25,363 nt of DNA. It comes from a virus. Lineage: Duplodnaviria; Caudoviricetes. The position numbers and the translations under genes are program-made. Shown in pieces: positions 17,166 to 24,830 of the stretch (its first letter is position 1; the number at the start of each line of letters is the position of its first letter). Where the stretch lies: IMG/VR virus record IMGVR_UViG_3300027656_000550, positions 1-25,363 of that record, one strand, 5' to 3'. The notes below the pieces were generated by a model. It was not told where the DNA came from. It did not search any database and was given only the letters and a program-made list of their open reading frames with translations.

Positions 17166-18743
17166 ATGCCAAATAATACAGAAACAACAACTTCACAGAT
17201 AATGTTCCCAGGTCTTGAGGCAGCAATTGCTGCAGTCATTACCCCAATTGCAAATGCAAACAATACTACAATTTCAGCAACCTCAGCAACCATTGCTTCA
17301 CAGATTTCATCTATTGGAAACAAAGAAGCATCGCCTGTTATTTCAAGAAACAATACAGAGGTTTCTTCTTACCCAACATTTGCTATTTGGTCAAATCAAA
17401 ACAATGAGCAAGCAGGATATAATATTATTAATTCTGATTATCAAACAATTGCTTCTAATGCAATGCCAGGATGGTTAGCAGGATATCAGTCACCAGCGCT
17501 AGACAACATGCCTCAGTTCTACGAAGATTTTAGAGGATATACTTACACACAAGGTAACCACGGCACAAGCACTGTAACAACATATTATGGCGGAAGTACA
17601 GTAAATCAATCAGCAGATGGAAATATTCTTTACAGACCATGTCTTCACGGAGGATTCTCAGGGGCTTGGATGAATAAGGCTAACTCACAAGGTAGCTATT
17701 TAAATCGATGCGGAACTATTATTGGCGCTAGAGGAGTTAGACAGCGTGTAAGCCATTTTTCAACTGATTCAGAATTTCAAATAAGATTCAGAGGTGTTGC
17801 AGATGGTTACATCGATAGAGTTGATTTAAACTCAGCAACCTACGCAACATGGGCGGGACGCACAAACCGTGGAATGGCATCGTATAACGATAGAACTAAA
17901 ATGCTTGCCGTTGCAGAATCAACAACTGCAAATGCAATTAGACTTCACGTATGGAGAAACACAAGTTTTAGCTTAAATGATTTTAGCCACAAAGCAGGAA
18001 CACTTCATAGGTTCCTATCAGAGGCAAAAACTGCTGGGCCATCAACTGGCAATCAACTAAGCACAGCAAAAAATTACGCATTCTATGACTTTACTTGGGC
18101 ACAGACAGGATCAACTAGAAACGAGCCTTCTTACCATATGAAGCTTGTAATGGGAGACACTGGAGTAGTCGGATTCGGAAGATTTAACCACGACGGTTAT
18201 GCACAAAGATACGGATACTGGAACCCATCCTCTCAAGGAACAGCAGGTAATTCAGGAATCGGAACATTTACGGATACTGAAATCAACCTAGGAAACACAA
18301 CTTCTTACGGCATCGATCAAAACGAAAACTGGTACGGACAAAAGCACAATAACACTTGGGATAACCAATGGGTTGCAATTTACTCTCCATACCATTACTA
18401 CACAAATGGAATTAATTGCCACATAGTAAATACAGCAGATCCTACAAAGTTGTTCTACTTTAGAAACACAGATGGCTCTAATGGAACCGCAATTGTTCCA
18501 TTTAAAGAAGACAAATTTATTTCACTCTACACAGTTCAAAATGCCGACGACCCTGGCCCCCATTTGTATTTAGTTGATCCAGGCTCAGCAGCTAAAAATT
18601 TAAGAAGAACTGATGGAACAACTTTATCATTCGGTGGAGATTTGCAGCCGTACAACGTAGTAAGTCATTATCAATTTGATACACATTCAAATACAACCAT
18701 GTATCCGCATATTGTAAGTATGCCGCACTGGTCAAACCCGTAA
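17166..18743 (+). CDS. putative fibre/receptor-binding protein, paralog 2
   Basis: 525 aa. Shares SR.NTEVS.YP.FAIW, LNSATYATWAGRTNRGM.SYNDRTK.LAVAES, YAFYDFTW, NLGNTTSY.IDQ, VNTADPTK, RNTDGSNGT and MPHW with paralog 1; RBS AAGGAG. Confidence 0.7.
   Translation: MPNNTETTTSQIMFPGLEAAIAAVITPIANANNTTISATSATIASQISSIGNKEASPVISRNNTEVSSYPTFAIWSNQNNEQAGYNIINSDYQTIASNAMPGWLAGYQSPALDNMPQFYEDFRGYTYTQGNHGTSTVTTYYGGSTVNQSADGNILYRPCLHGGFSGAWMNKANSQGSYLNRCGTIIGARGVRQRVSHFSTDSEFQIRFRGVADGYIDRVDLNSATYATWAGRTNRGMASYNDRTKMLAVAESTTANAIRLHVWRNTSFSLNDFSHKAGTLHRFLSEAKTAGPSTGNQLSTAKNYAFYDFTWAQTGSTRNEPSYHMKLVMGDTGVVGFGRFNHDGYAQRYGYWNPSSQGTAGNSGIGTFTDTEINLGNTTSYGIDQNENWYGQKHNNTWDNQWVAIYSPYHYYTNGINCHIVNTADPTKLFYFRNTDGSNGTAIVPFKEDKFISLYTVQNADDPGPHLYLVDPGSAAKNLRRTDGTTLSFGGDLQPYNVVSHYQFDTHSNTTMYPHIVSMPHWSNP
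17827..17876 (+). repeat. 50-nt direct repeat, copy 2
   Basis: Matches 16252-16301 with a single synonymous mismatch (ACT/ACA). Confidence 0.92.
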
Positions 18744-18759
18744 GGAAAAGGAGAAAAAA

Positions 18760-19041
18760 ATGAAAATAAAGTTCTGTGGACCACAACATGTACCCGCAAT
18801 TGACGTAGATGGTGAGCATGAAGTTGTTGAATCACAACTACTTCATAGATTTACCCTAGTCAACGGAGTATGCGTAGATAAGTATCCAGGAAAAACAGAT
18901 CGTGAGGTCATGGCAATTGAACATGCAGAGGCAATTGTTGCAGTAACAGCAGCACAAGCCGCATGGGATGAAGATGAGTCTGAGAAGAAACTTCCAAGAC
19001 CAGAAGATTTGCCAGCACTATACGTTCCAGAGGAGGAATAA
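18760..19041 (+). CDS. small acidic hypothetical protein (possible chaperone of the paralog pair)
   Basis: 93 aa, RBS AAGGAG, fills the gap between flanking genes exactly. Confidence 0.7.
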   Translation: MKIKFCGPQHVPAIDVDGEHEVVESQLLHRFTLVNGVCVDKYPGKTDREVMAIEHAEAIVAVTAAQAAWDEDESEKKLPRPEDLPALYVPEEE

Positions 19042-19043
19042 GA

Positions 19044-19490
19044 ATGCCAATAACAAGCGTACCTCAACAGGTAACACCAGGTCTTTGGACATACACATAC
19101 CTTCAAGCACCTCTTAACGGCCAAGCTCGTCCATATCTTAATGTGCCTTCAGCACAACTAGACCTAGGAACGATTGCAGCAGCTGGAACAGCAACATGCA
19201 ACGTAGCACTAGCAAACGTTTTTAAAATGGTAGCAAGCGGAGCATGCACAGTAGCATTTAGCAATATTCCTGCAGTAGGAACAGAGCCAAAGGCACAATT
19301 CTGGCAAGTAGAAATTAAGGCTGGTGGTAGCTATGCTATTACTTGGCCAGCAGCAATTAAATGGGATGGCGGAGGAGCTTCTAACGTATCTCCACTTCTA
19401 TCTACAAATACAACCGTTCTTAACTTTATGACAAGAGACGGTGGCACAACAATATTCGGTGCATACGCATTCGCTGATCTGAACGTTTAA
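19044..19490 (+). CDS. small fibre connector protein (paralog of 8404-8769)
   Basis: LDLG...NVFKMVASGACTVAFSNIP...GGSYAITWPAAIKW...P.L...VLNFMTRDGGTTIFG; RBS GGAGGA. Confidence 0.72.
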   Translation: MPITSVPQQVTPGLWTYTYLQAPLNGQARPYLNVPSAQLDLGTIAAAGTATCNVALANVFKMVASGACTVAFSNIPAVGTEPKAQFWQVEIKAGGSYAITWPAAIKWDGGGASNVSPLLSTNTTVLNFMTRDGGTTIFGAYAFADLNV

Positions 19491-19499
19491 GGAGAAAAC

Positions 19500-19955
19500 A
19501 TGTACGCCATAGTTGAAGACAAAAAAGTAGTCGCTGTCGGCGCACTATCCCAGCTTTTCCCTAATGTATCTATTCCACAATCAATAGATGAAAAAAGATT
19601 TGCAAAAGAAAACGGGTTGCTAGAAGTAGCAATACCAGAGTTCGATGACTTCCAAGAAAAGATTGTACCTTGTGAACCATTTATTAAAGATGGCAAAGTA
19701 TACTCAGTAGAAGTACAGAAGATGTCAGATGAAGAAAAAGCAGATAACGTAAATGCACATATTGGCTTTGAGCTAATGTCTACAGCATGGGTTGAGACAG
19801 ATCCAGATATGGACAAGAAGTCTCTTGCTGAATGGAAAGATTACAGAAAGAAGATTTCTTCTTTCAAGAATAGCAAAGATGTATCCGAAGTTACATGGCC
19901 TAAAAGACCATTAGTAGAGCTAGAAAAAATAATGGAGGAAGACCCAATTGCTTAG
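19500..19955 (+). CDS. tail assembly chaperone-like protein (distant paralog of 8769-9269)
   Basis: Both begin MYA-x-V/I-x-D and share L..x-F/Y-P...P; C-terminal LMSTAWVETDPD...EWKDYRKKI...EVTWPKRP. Confidence 0.75.
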   Translation: MYAIVEDKKVVAVGALSQLFPNVSIPQSIDEKRFAKENGLLEVAIPEFDDFQEKIVPCEPFIKDGKVYSVEVQKMSDEEKADNVNAHIGFELMSTAWVETDPDMDKKSLAEWKDYRKKISSFKNSKDVSEVTWPKRPLVELEKIMEEDPIA

Positions 19956-20661
19956 TAATAACATTATTTTTAGAAGAAACAGATTTAGCTTAACTGGATT
20001 ACAACTATGGCTTGATGCGGCTCTTCCATCAACTATAACAAGAGACGGACTAAACAAGGTATCACAATGGAATGATAAATCTGGATTAACCCGCCATTGC
20101 GTTCAAGCAACGTCAGCAGCTCAACCAACATTTCAACTAACAGGAATATCAGGATTACCCGCAATTAACTTTGACGGAGTAGATGACTTTTTGCCATTCT
20201 CAGATCAAACACTTTCATGGATTGCTTCATCATCATTTACAGTTATTTATGTAGCATCAAAACCAGCAAATGCAAATACTTATGTAATTGGCGGAACAAA
20301 CTCAGGAACAAGAAACAATCTTATTGCAGGATACGTATCCTCAAACACATATAAATTTGGCTTTGGTAATGATGATCAAAATGCTATTGTTACAGTAGGC
20401 CTAACAGGAACACCAGAAATTTACACACTTGTATACAGCAATGCCGACAACTCACGTAGAGTTAGAAGAAATGGAGTCGACGTTGCAGTTGGCGCATCTT
20501 CAGGCGGGCTAACAAGTATGACAGGACAAGTAATAGGAAGATACTCCGCAACATTTGGAGCATTTAAGATTGGCGAAATGCTAATTTATAACAGAGCGCT
20601 TTCAGTAAATGAATACCTCTCAGTTGAAAGAGACCTTATCTCTAAATGGGCAATTAGCTAG
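19948..20661 (+). CDS. LamG/concanavalin-A-like lectin-fold protein, putative fibre tip
   Basis: TTG start with GGAGGA upstream; GLQLWLDA...VSQWNDKSG...PAINFDGVDDFL...IGEMLIYNRALS. Confidence 0.85.
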   Translation: MLSNNIIFRRNRFSLTGLQLWLDAALPSTITRDGLNKVSQWNDKSGLTRHCVQATSAAQPTFQLTGISGLPAINFDGVDDFLPFSDQTLSWIASSSFTVIYVASKPANANTYVIGGTNSGTRNNLIAGYVSSNTYKFGFGNDDQNAIVTVGLTGTPEIYTLVYSNADNSRRVRRNGVDVAVGASSGGLTSMTGQVIGRYSATFGAFKIGEMLIYNRALSVNEYLSVERDLISKWAIS

Positions 20662-20669
20662 GAGATCAA

Positions 20670-20996
20670 ATGGCATATAATCCAACAAGATTTATTGGGC
20701 CAGTCCTTCTAACTACAACAAATACAAACCTTAAAACATTTACCAATAAAGGAATTGTTAAGAGCATATTTACAGCAAACACATTTAACGGCCCAATTGC
20801 ATTTAGCCTCTATCTAGTTCCAGTCGGACAAACTCCAGGACTAGCAAATAGAATTTTTGGTGATGTGCTGCTTGCAGAAAATACATCAAGATCAACAGAG
20901 ACTACTCTGATTGTTAATGCTGGAGAGGCTCTCTGGGCTTCCGCAAATACTTCTAACGGAGTAAGCATGATGGTCTCTGGGGTAGAGATAGTTTAA
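20670..20996 (+). CDS. small beta-rich adaptor-like protein (paralog of 15251-15568)
   Basis: See the alignment given for 15251-15568; RBS AGGAG. Confidence 0.75.
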   Translation: MAYNPTRFIGPVLLTTTNTNLKTFTNKGIVKSIFTANTFNGPIAFSLYLVPVGQTPGLANRIFGDVLLAENTSRSTETTLIVNAGEALWASANTSNGVSMMVSGVEIV

Positions 20997-21040
20997 AGGA
21001 TAAAAAATAAAAGACTTAAGTAGTAAGCTTTTAAATATAG

Positions 21041-21055
21041 TATAATGGAATTATG
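21041..21055 (+). promoter_or_regulatory. putative -10 element giving a leaderless or near-leaderless transcript
   Basis: TATAAT at 21041-21046, 6 nt before the ATG at 21053; no clear Shine-Dalgarno. Confidence 0.6.
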
Positions 21056-22792
21056 AGCTATCAACTAAAGGTAATTAAAGACTATCCAATTGCACTTCTG
21101 CCATTAGATGAGTCTTCTGGAACCACTGCTATAGATATATCAGGATGTGGAAATTCAGGAACGTATGTTGGTGGACTTCAATCAAATATTCTTCCATTAA
21201 TTCCAGGTGGCATTTCAGGAAATTTAATTAGCTCTACCAAATCAATTATTCTTTCTACAACAAAAGATTTTTATGGCTCAACAGTAAGTGGTGGATTCGC
21301 TAATAAGTATACTTCACAGAACAACTTCTCATTAGAGGTTTGGGTATACCCTAAAATTAATAGCACATCAAGAACAGTTTTAATGGCAGATGATACGGCG
21401 GGAATTGGAATATATTACGAGGCTGGATCATTAGTATTTAAGCTCGAAGATCAAGAGCTGTATTACACATTAAATAACACCAGTAAGGTTATGCATGTTG
21501 TGGCCACATATTCTCAATCTAGCATGTCCCTATATGTAGACGGGTATAATGTTGCTACTAAATCAATCACAGGGTTTAAGTTCACAAATACAGCGCTTAC
21601 CCTTTCAATAGGTCCATCTACATCAACAGACTATTTTATAGTAGATGCCCCAGCCATATATCGTGAGGCACTCACATCAGAAAAAATCAGAGAGCATTTT
21701 ATTGCTGGCACATTTCACGTAAATCCTATTCAGTTTATTAGAACTGACGGGGGTAAGCTATTTCAGCTAAATGATGAATTTATTAAGCCTGTGTACCGAT
21801 ACTCTTTGACTGAATTAAAAAACTATGTAAATGATGATGTCTATTATGAGAAGACAAATCAATCCCTTACTTTTTACAAGACAGATACTGCCATAGCAAA
21901 ATCTGTTGAAATTAATGAGATTATAAACATCCCTACAGACATGGGTGCTACAACCTCTAAGATCTATTGGAAGGCGGACAAGAATATAACAGTACAATCT
22001 AGCATAGATGGAATCAATTACTCTATGTGTGAAAATGGTAAGTCCTTGCCTAATTATAATAAGTTGGCACCAATAACAACAAACAATGTATTCCTTAGAA
22101 TAACCATGTCTACAACAGATGCTTCTAAATACCTTCCAAAATTATCTTCAGTTAAACTAGACTTTTATTCCTCAATCGATGCCTATTCAGAAAATTCTGG
22201 ATATTATGCCACATCTACATCCGACTATTCCCTGGGATCATTTAGCTATCCACCGCTTTTAAGGCATAAGAATAATGGCCTTCAAACAAGGGCAGGTGCA
22301 GGATTTAACATACCCGTAAAAGACTCTGTAAGCACCATAGAGATGTTTTTTACACCTTCTGACCTTACGGCCAGTACTCTATTCGATGTGTCCTCAGAAG
22401 GCCTATACACGGCTTCTAGATACTCCTGGACAAATAGCGGGACGATCACAAAGACTAATATCTCAAAGATATACGTAAACGGAGTAGACAGAACAAGCCA
22501 GACAAATATATCCAATGTATTCCTAGCAGATAACCTGCATCATATTGTATTAGTTCTAACACAACCTTGTTCAGGTGTATTGAAGTTTAACTATGCAGGC
22601 GCAGGAGGGCCATCCAGCCTATATAAAAATATTGCTATATACGATTATCAAATGTCTGAGGCTTTGGCTACGGAACATTATGGGTCTTATATTGCCCGAC
22701 CAAATGTTTCGGTGTCAGATACGTCCATGACATTGACAGATTCTACCCCAAAAGCATACAACAGCGACTGGGTAGTCATACAAACTATTTAA
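21053..22792 (+). CDS. LamG-domain minor tail/structural protein
   Basis: PIALLPLDESSGTTAIDISG.GN.GTY, FSLEVWVYP, HVVATYS...LYVDG and DAPAIYREALT..IREHF; a second degenerate LamG-like unit lies near the C-terminus (TIEMFF, IYVNGV, HHIVLV, IAIYDYQMS). Confidence 0.85.
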   Translation: MSYQLKVIKDYPIALLPLDESSGTTAIDISGCGNSGTYVGGLQSNILPLIPGGISGNLISSTKSIILSTTKDFYGSTVSGGFANKYTSQNNFSLEVWVYPKINSTSRTVLMADDTAGIGIYYEAGSLVFKLEDQELYYTLNNTSKVMHVVATYSQSSMSLYVDGYNVATKSITGFKFTNTALTLSIGPSTSTDYFIVDAPAIYREALTSEKIREHFIAGTFHVNPIQFIRTDGGKLFQLNDEFIKPVYRYSLTELKNYVNDDVYYEKTNQSLTFYKTDTAIAKSVEINEIINIPTDMGATTSKIYWKADKNITVQSSIDGINYSMCENGKSLPNYNKLAPITTNNVFLRITMSTTDASKYLPKLSSVKLDFYSSIDAYSENSGYYATSTSDYSLGSFSYPPLLRHKNNGLQTRAGAGFNIPVKDSVSTIEMFFTPSDLTASTLFDVSSEGLYTASRYSWTNSGTITKTNISKIYVNGVDRTSQTNISNVFLADNLHHIVLVLTQPCSGVLKFNYAGAGGPSSLYKNIAIYDYQMSEALATEHYGSYIARPNVSVSDTSMTLTDSTPKAYNSDWVVIQTI

Positions 22793-22815
22793 TTTTGTCA
22801 CATTGGTTGACAAAA
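22793..22815. promoter_or_regulatory. perfect inverted repeat TTTTGTCA-N7-TGACAAAA (operator or weak hairpin)
   Basis: Arms at 22793-22800 and 22808-22815, immediately after the LamG stop and just upstream of the head-gene promoter. Confidence 0.55.
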
Positions 22816-22818
22816 AGC

Positions 22819-22847
22819 TGGACTTGAGTAGACAATAATGGTAAAAT
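22819..22847 (+). promoter_or_regulatory. putative sigma70-type promoter for the head operon
   Basis: TGGACT (22819-22824), 17-nt spacer, TAAAAT (22842-22847) with extended TG at 22839-22840; ATG 8 nt downstream; no Shine-Dalgarno. Confidence 0.55.
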
Positions 22848-22855
22848 AAAGTCAT

Positions 22856-23197
22856 ATGGATATCAACAAGACAAGAAGCAAAATTCTTGAAGAAGAATCA
22901 ACACTAGGCATATATGTCTGGGAGATGCCAGACGGCAGATGGATTGGGGACGATGATGGGAACTTTCTTTCAGTTACGTCCAAAAAGGGAAATAGAGCCA
23001 ACATCGATGCTCTGGCTAGAGAAGTTAGCACGTTCGGCATATACGAAGGCGGGCCTAAATTTCTTTCCGCTAGAAGGAAAATTAATGATGAAGAATTTGA
23101 GCACCAAAAACAAAGACTCGACTGGGGACTAGTTCCTGACCCATTTGATATTGGTAACTATAAGGACGAAATGAAAAAACTAAAGGGGCTAAGATGA
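22856..23197 (+). CDS. hypothetical protein coupled to the portal gene
   Basis: 113 aa (GIYVWEMPDGRWIGDDDGNFL...RLDWGLVPDP); ATGA overlap with the portal start. Confidence 0.8.
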   Translation: MDINKTRSKILEEESTLGIYVWEMPDGRWIGDDDGNFLSVTSKKGNRANIDALAREVSTFGIYEGGPKFLSARRKINDEEFEHQKQRLDWGLVPDPFDIGNYKDEMKKLKGLR

Positions 23198-24777
23198 GCG
23201 CAGAATTTCTTGATGAAGATAACTCAGAAAACATAATTAATATTTCAAACAACGCGGACTGGTTTTCGCTAGAAAAAAATGAGATGACAAACGACCCATT
23301 TTTAGCAGGCCTAGAAGATTTAAAAAAAGTAAGAGGGCTAGGGGCTTCGTTTAAGCGTAAAATTAACAGAGAGTTTTCTAAGTCATTTACAGGCAGAGAA
23401 GAAACTGGAACACAGCAAAACCTATTAGCACAAGCAATCACTGGCTATGCAATGTTCGACTTGGTAGAGCCTCCATACAACCTAGAATATCTTTCAAAGG
23501 TATACGAGATTTCAACATACAACTATGCCGCAATTAATGCTAAGGTGGCAAACATTGTTGGGCTAGGATATGATTTTATAGAAACAAAGAAAACAAACGA
23601 TGCTATTGATTCCCTTACAGATGATAAGTCTCTTGAAAGAGCACGTAGAAAGCTAAGCAAATTAAGACAAGATCTGCACTCATGGCTTGATACAACAAAC
23701 GATGAGGATACATTTACTCAAACATTAATTAAGGTATTCACAGACTACGAAGCAACTGGAAATGGCTACATTGAAATAGGCAGAACAACTGCTGGAAACA
23801 TTGGATACATCGGGCACATCCCAGCAAAGACTATGCGTGTGCGTAGACTTAGAGACGGCTTTATTCAATTGCTTTACGGAAAGGCAGTATACTTTAACAA
23901 CTTTGGGGATTCGGAAACAGAGAATCCAATTGCTGGACAAGAAGATCGCCCAAATGAAATTATTCATTTAAAAAAATATACCCCAATGAACAACTACTAC
24001 GGAGTTGCAGATATTATTGCAGCCCAGGTTTCTTTGGCAGGTAACGAATTATCTGGAAGATATAACCTTGATTATTTTGAAAACAAAGCAGTCCCAAGAT
24101 ATATTATTACAGTAAAGGGAGCAAAGCTTTCTCCAGAGTCAGAGCGTAAATTGCTTGAGTTTTTCCAAGTTGGGTTAAAGGGAAAGAATCACAGATCCCT
24201 ATATATTCCACTTCCAGGGGATACTCCAGACTCAAAAACCGAATTTAAAATGGAGCCTGTTGAGGCAAATCCACAGGAGTCTTCATTTAATGTTTATCGC
24301 AAATCAAATAGAGATGAAATCCTATTGGCCCACCGTGTCCCGATTAATAAAATTGGAACCCCAGAAGGAGTTAATTTAGCAGTAGCAAGAGATGCAGATA
24401 AAACATTTAAAGAGCAGGTTTGCCGACCAGCACAAATGATTTTAGAGAAAAAATTAAATAAAATATTTGAGGAAAAGACAGATGCATTAACCCTTAAATT
24501 TAATGAATTAACTCTTACTGACGAAGACACCCAGTCTAAGATTGACGAAAGATATTTAAGAATGCAAGTAATTACCCCTAATGAAGTTAGAATTAGAAAG
24601 GGTATGATCCCTCTTGATGGCGGGGACGAAGTAGTAGATTTAAAGGGTCAGGATGCTGCAGAGCAGACAGCCCAAGCTGGAAATACCAGACAAAGATCCC
24701 AAGACCGACAGGCAACCGCCCCAGATAATTCTGGAGAAGGACGAAATGCCAAAGGCGACGGAAGACAGGTCGACTAA
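23194..24777 (+). CDS. phage portal protein (HK97/PBSX-like)
   Basis: DYEATGNGYIEIGR, HIPAKTMRV, NEIIHLK, YYGVADI, YFENKAVPRYII, RDEILLAHRVPINKIG and ITPNEVRIRKGMIPLDGGDE are typical portal motifs; a prohead protease follows. Confidence 0.93.
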   Translation: MSAEFLDEDNSENIINISNNADWFSLEKNEMTNDPFLAGLEDLKKVRGLGASFKRKINREFSKSFTGREETGTQQNLLAQAITGYAMFDLVEPPYNLEYLSKVYEISTYNYAAINAKVANIVGLGYDFIETKKTNDAIDSLTDDKSLERARRKLSKLRQDLHSWLDTTNDEDTFTQTLIKVFTDYEATGNGYIEIGRTTAGNIGYIGHIPAKTMRVRRLRDGFIQLLYGKAVYFNNFGDSETENPIAGQEDRPNEIIHLKKYTPMNNYYGVADIIAAQVSLAGNELSGRYNLDYFENKAVPRYIITVKGAKLSPESERKLLEFFQVGLKGKNHRSLYIPLPGDTPDSKTEFKMEPVEANPQESSFNVYRKSNRDEILLAHRVPINKIGTPEGVNLAVARDADKTFKEQVCRPAQMILEKKLNKIFEEKTDALTLKFNELTLTDEDTQSKIDERYLRMQVITPNEVRIRKGMIPLDGGDEVVDLKGQDAAEQTAQAGNTRQRSQDRQATAPDNSGEGRNAKGDGRQVD

Positions 24778-24794
24778 GTCCACTCAACTGTTAT

Positions 24795-24823
24795 TTGCTT
24801 TATAGTCTATAACACTATAAAAT
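24795..24823 (+). promoter_or_regulatory. putative sigma70-type promoter, leaderless-type
   Basis: TTGCTT (24795-24800), 17-nt spacer, TAAAAT (24818-24823), then 7 nt to the ATG at 24831; no Shine-Dalgarno. Confidence 0.6.
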
Positions 24824-24830
24824 TAAGCAT

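Noticed and set aside
15594-18743. Diversity-generating retroelement template/variable repeat pair
   Set aside because: Differences between the paralogs involve all bases and indels rather than only adenines, both copies are full genes, and no reverse transcriptase is in the window.
145-24787. All minus-strand ORFs and short nested plus-strand ORFs in the track
   Set aside because: They are short, lie within or across longer coherent + strand genes, and show no recognisable motifs; they are expected shadows of biased codon usage.
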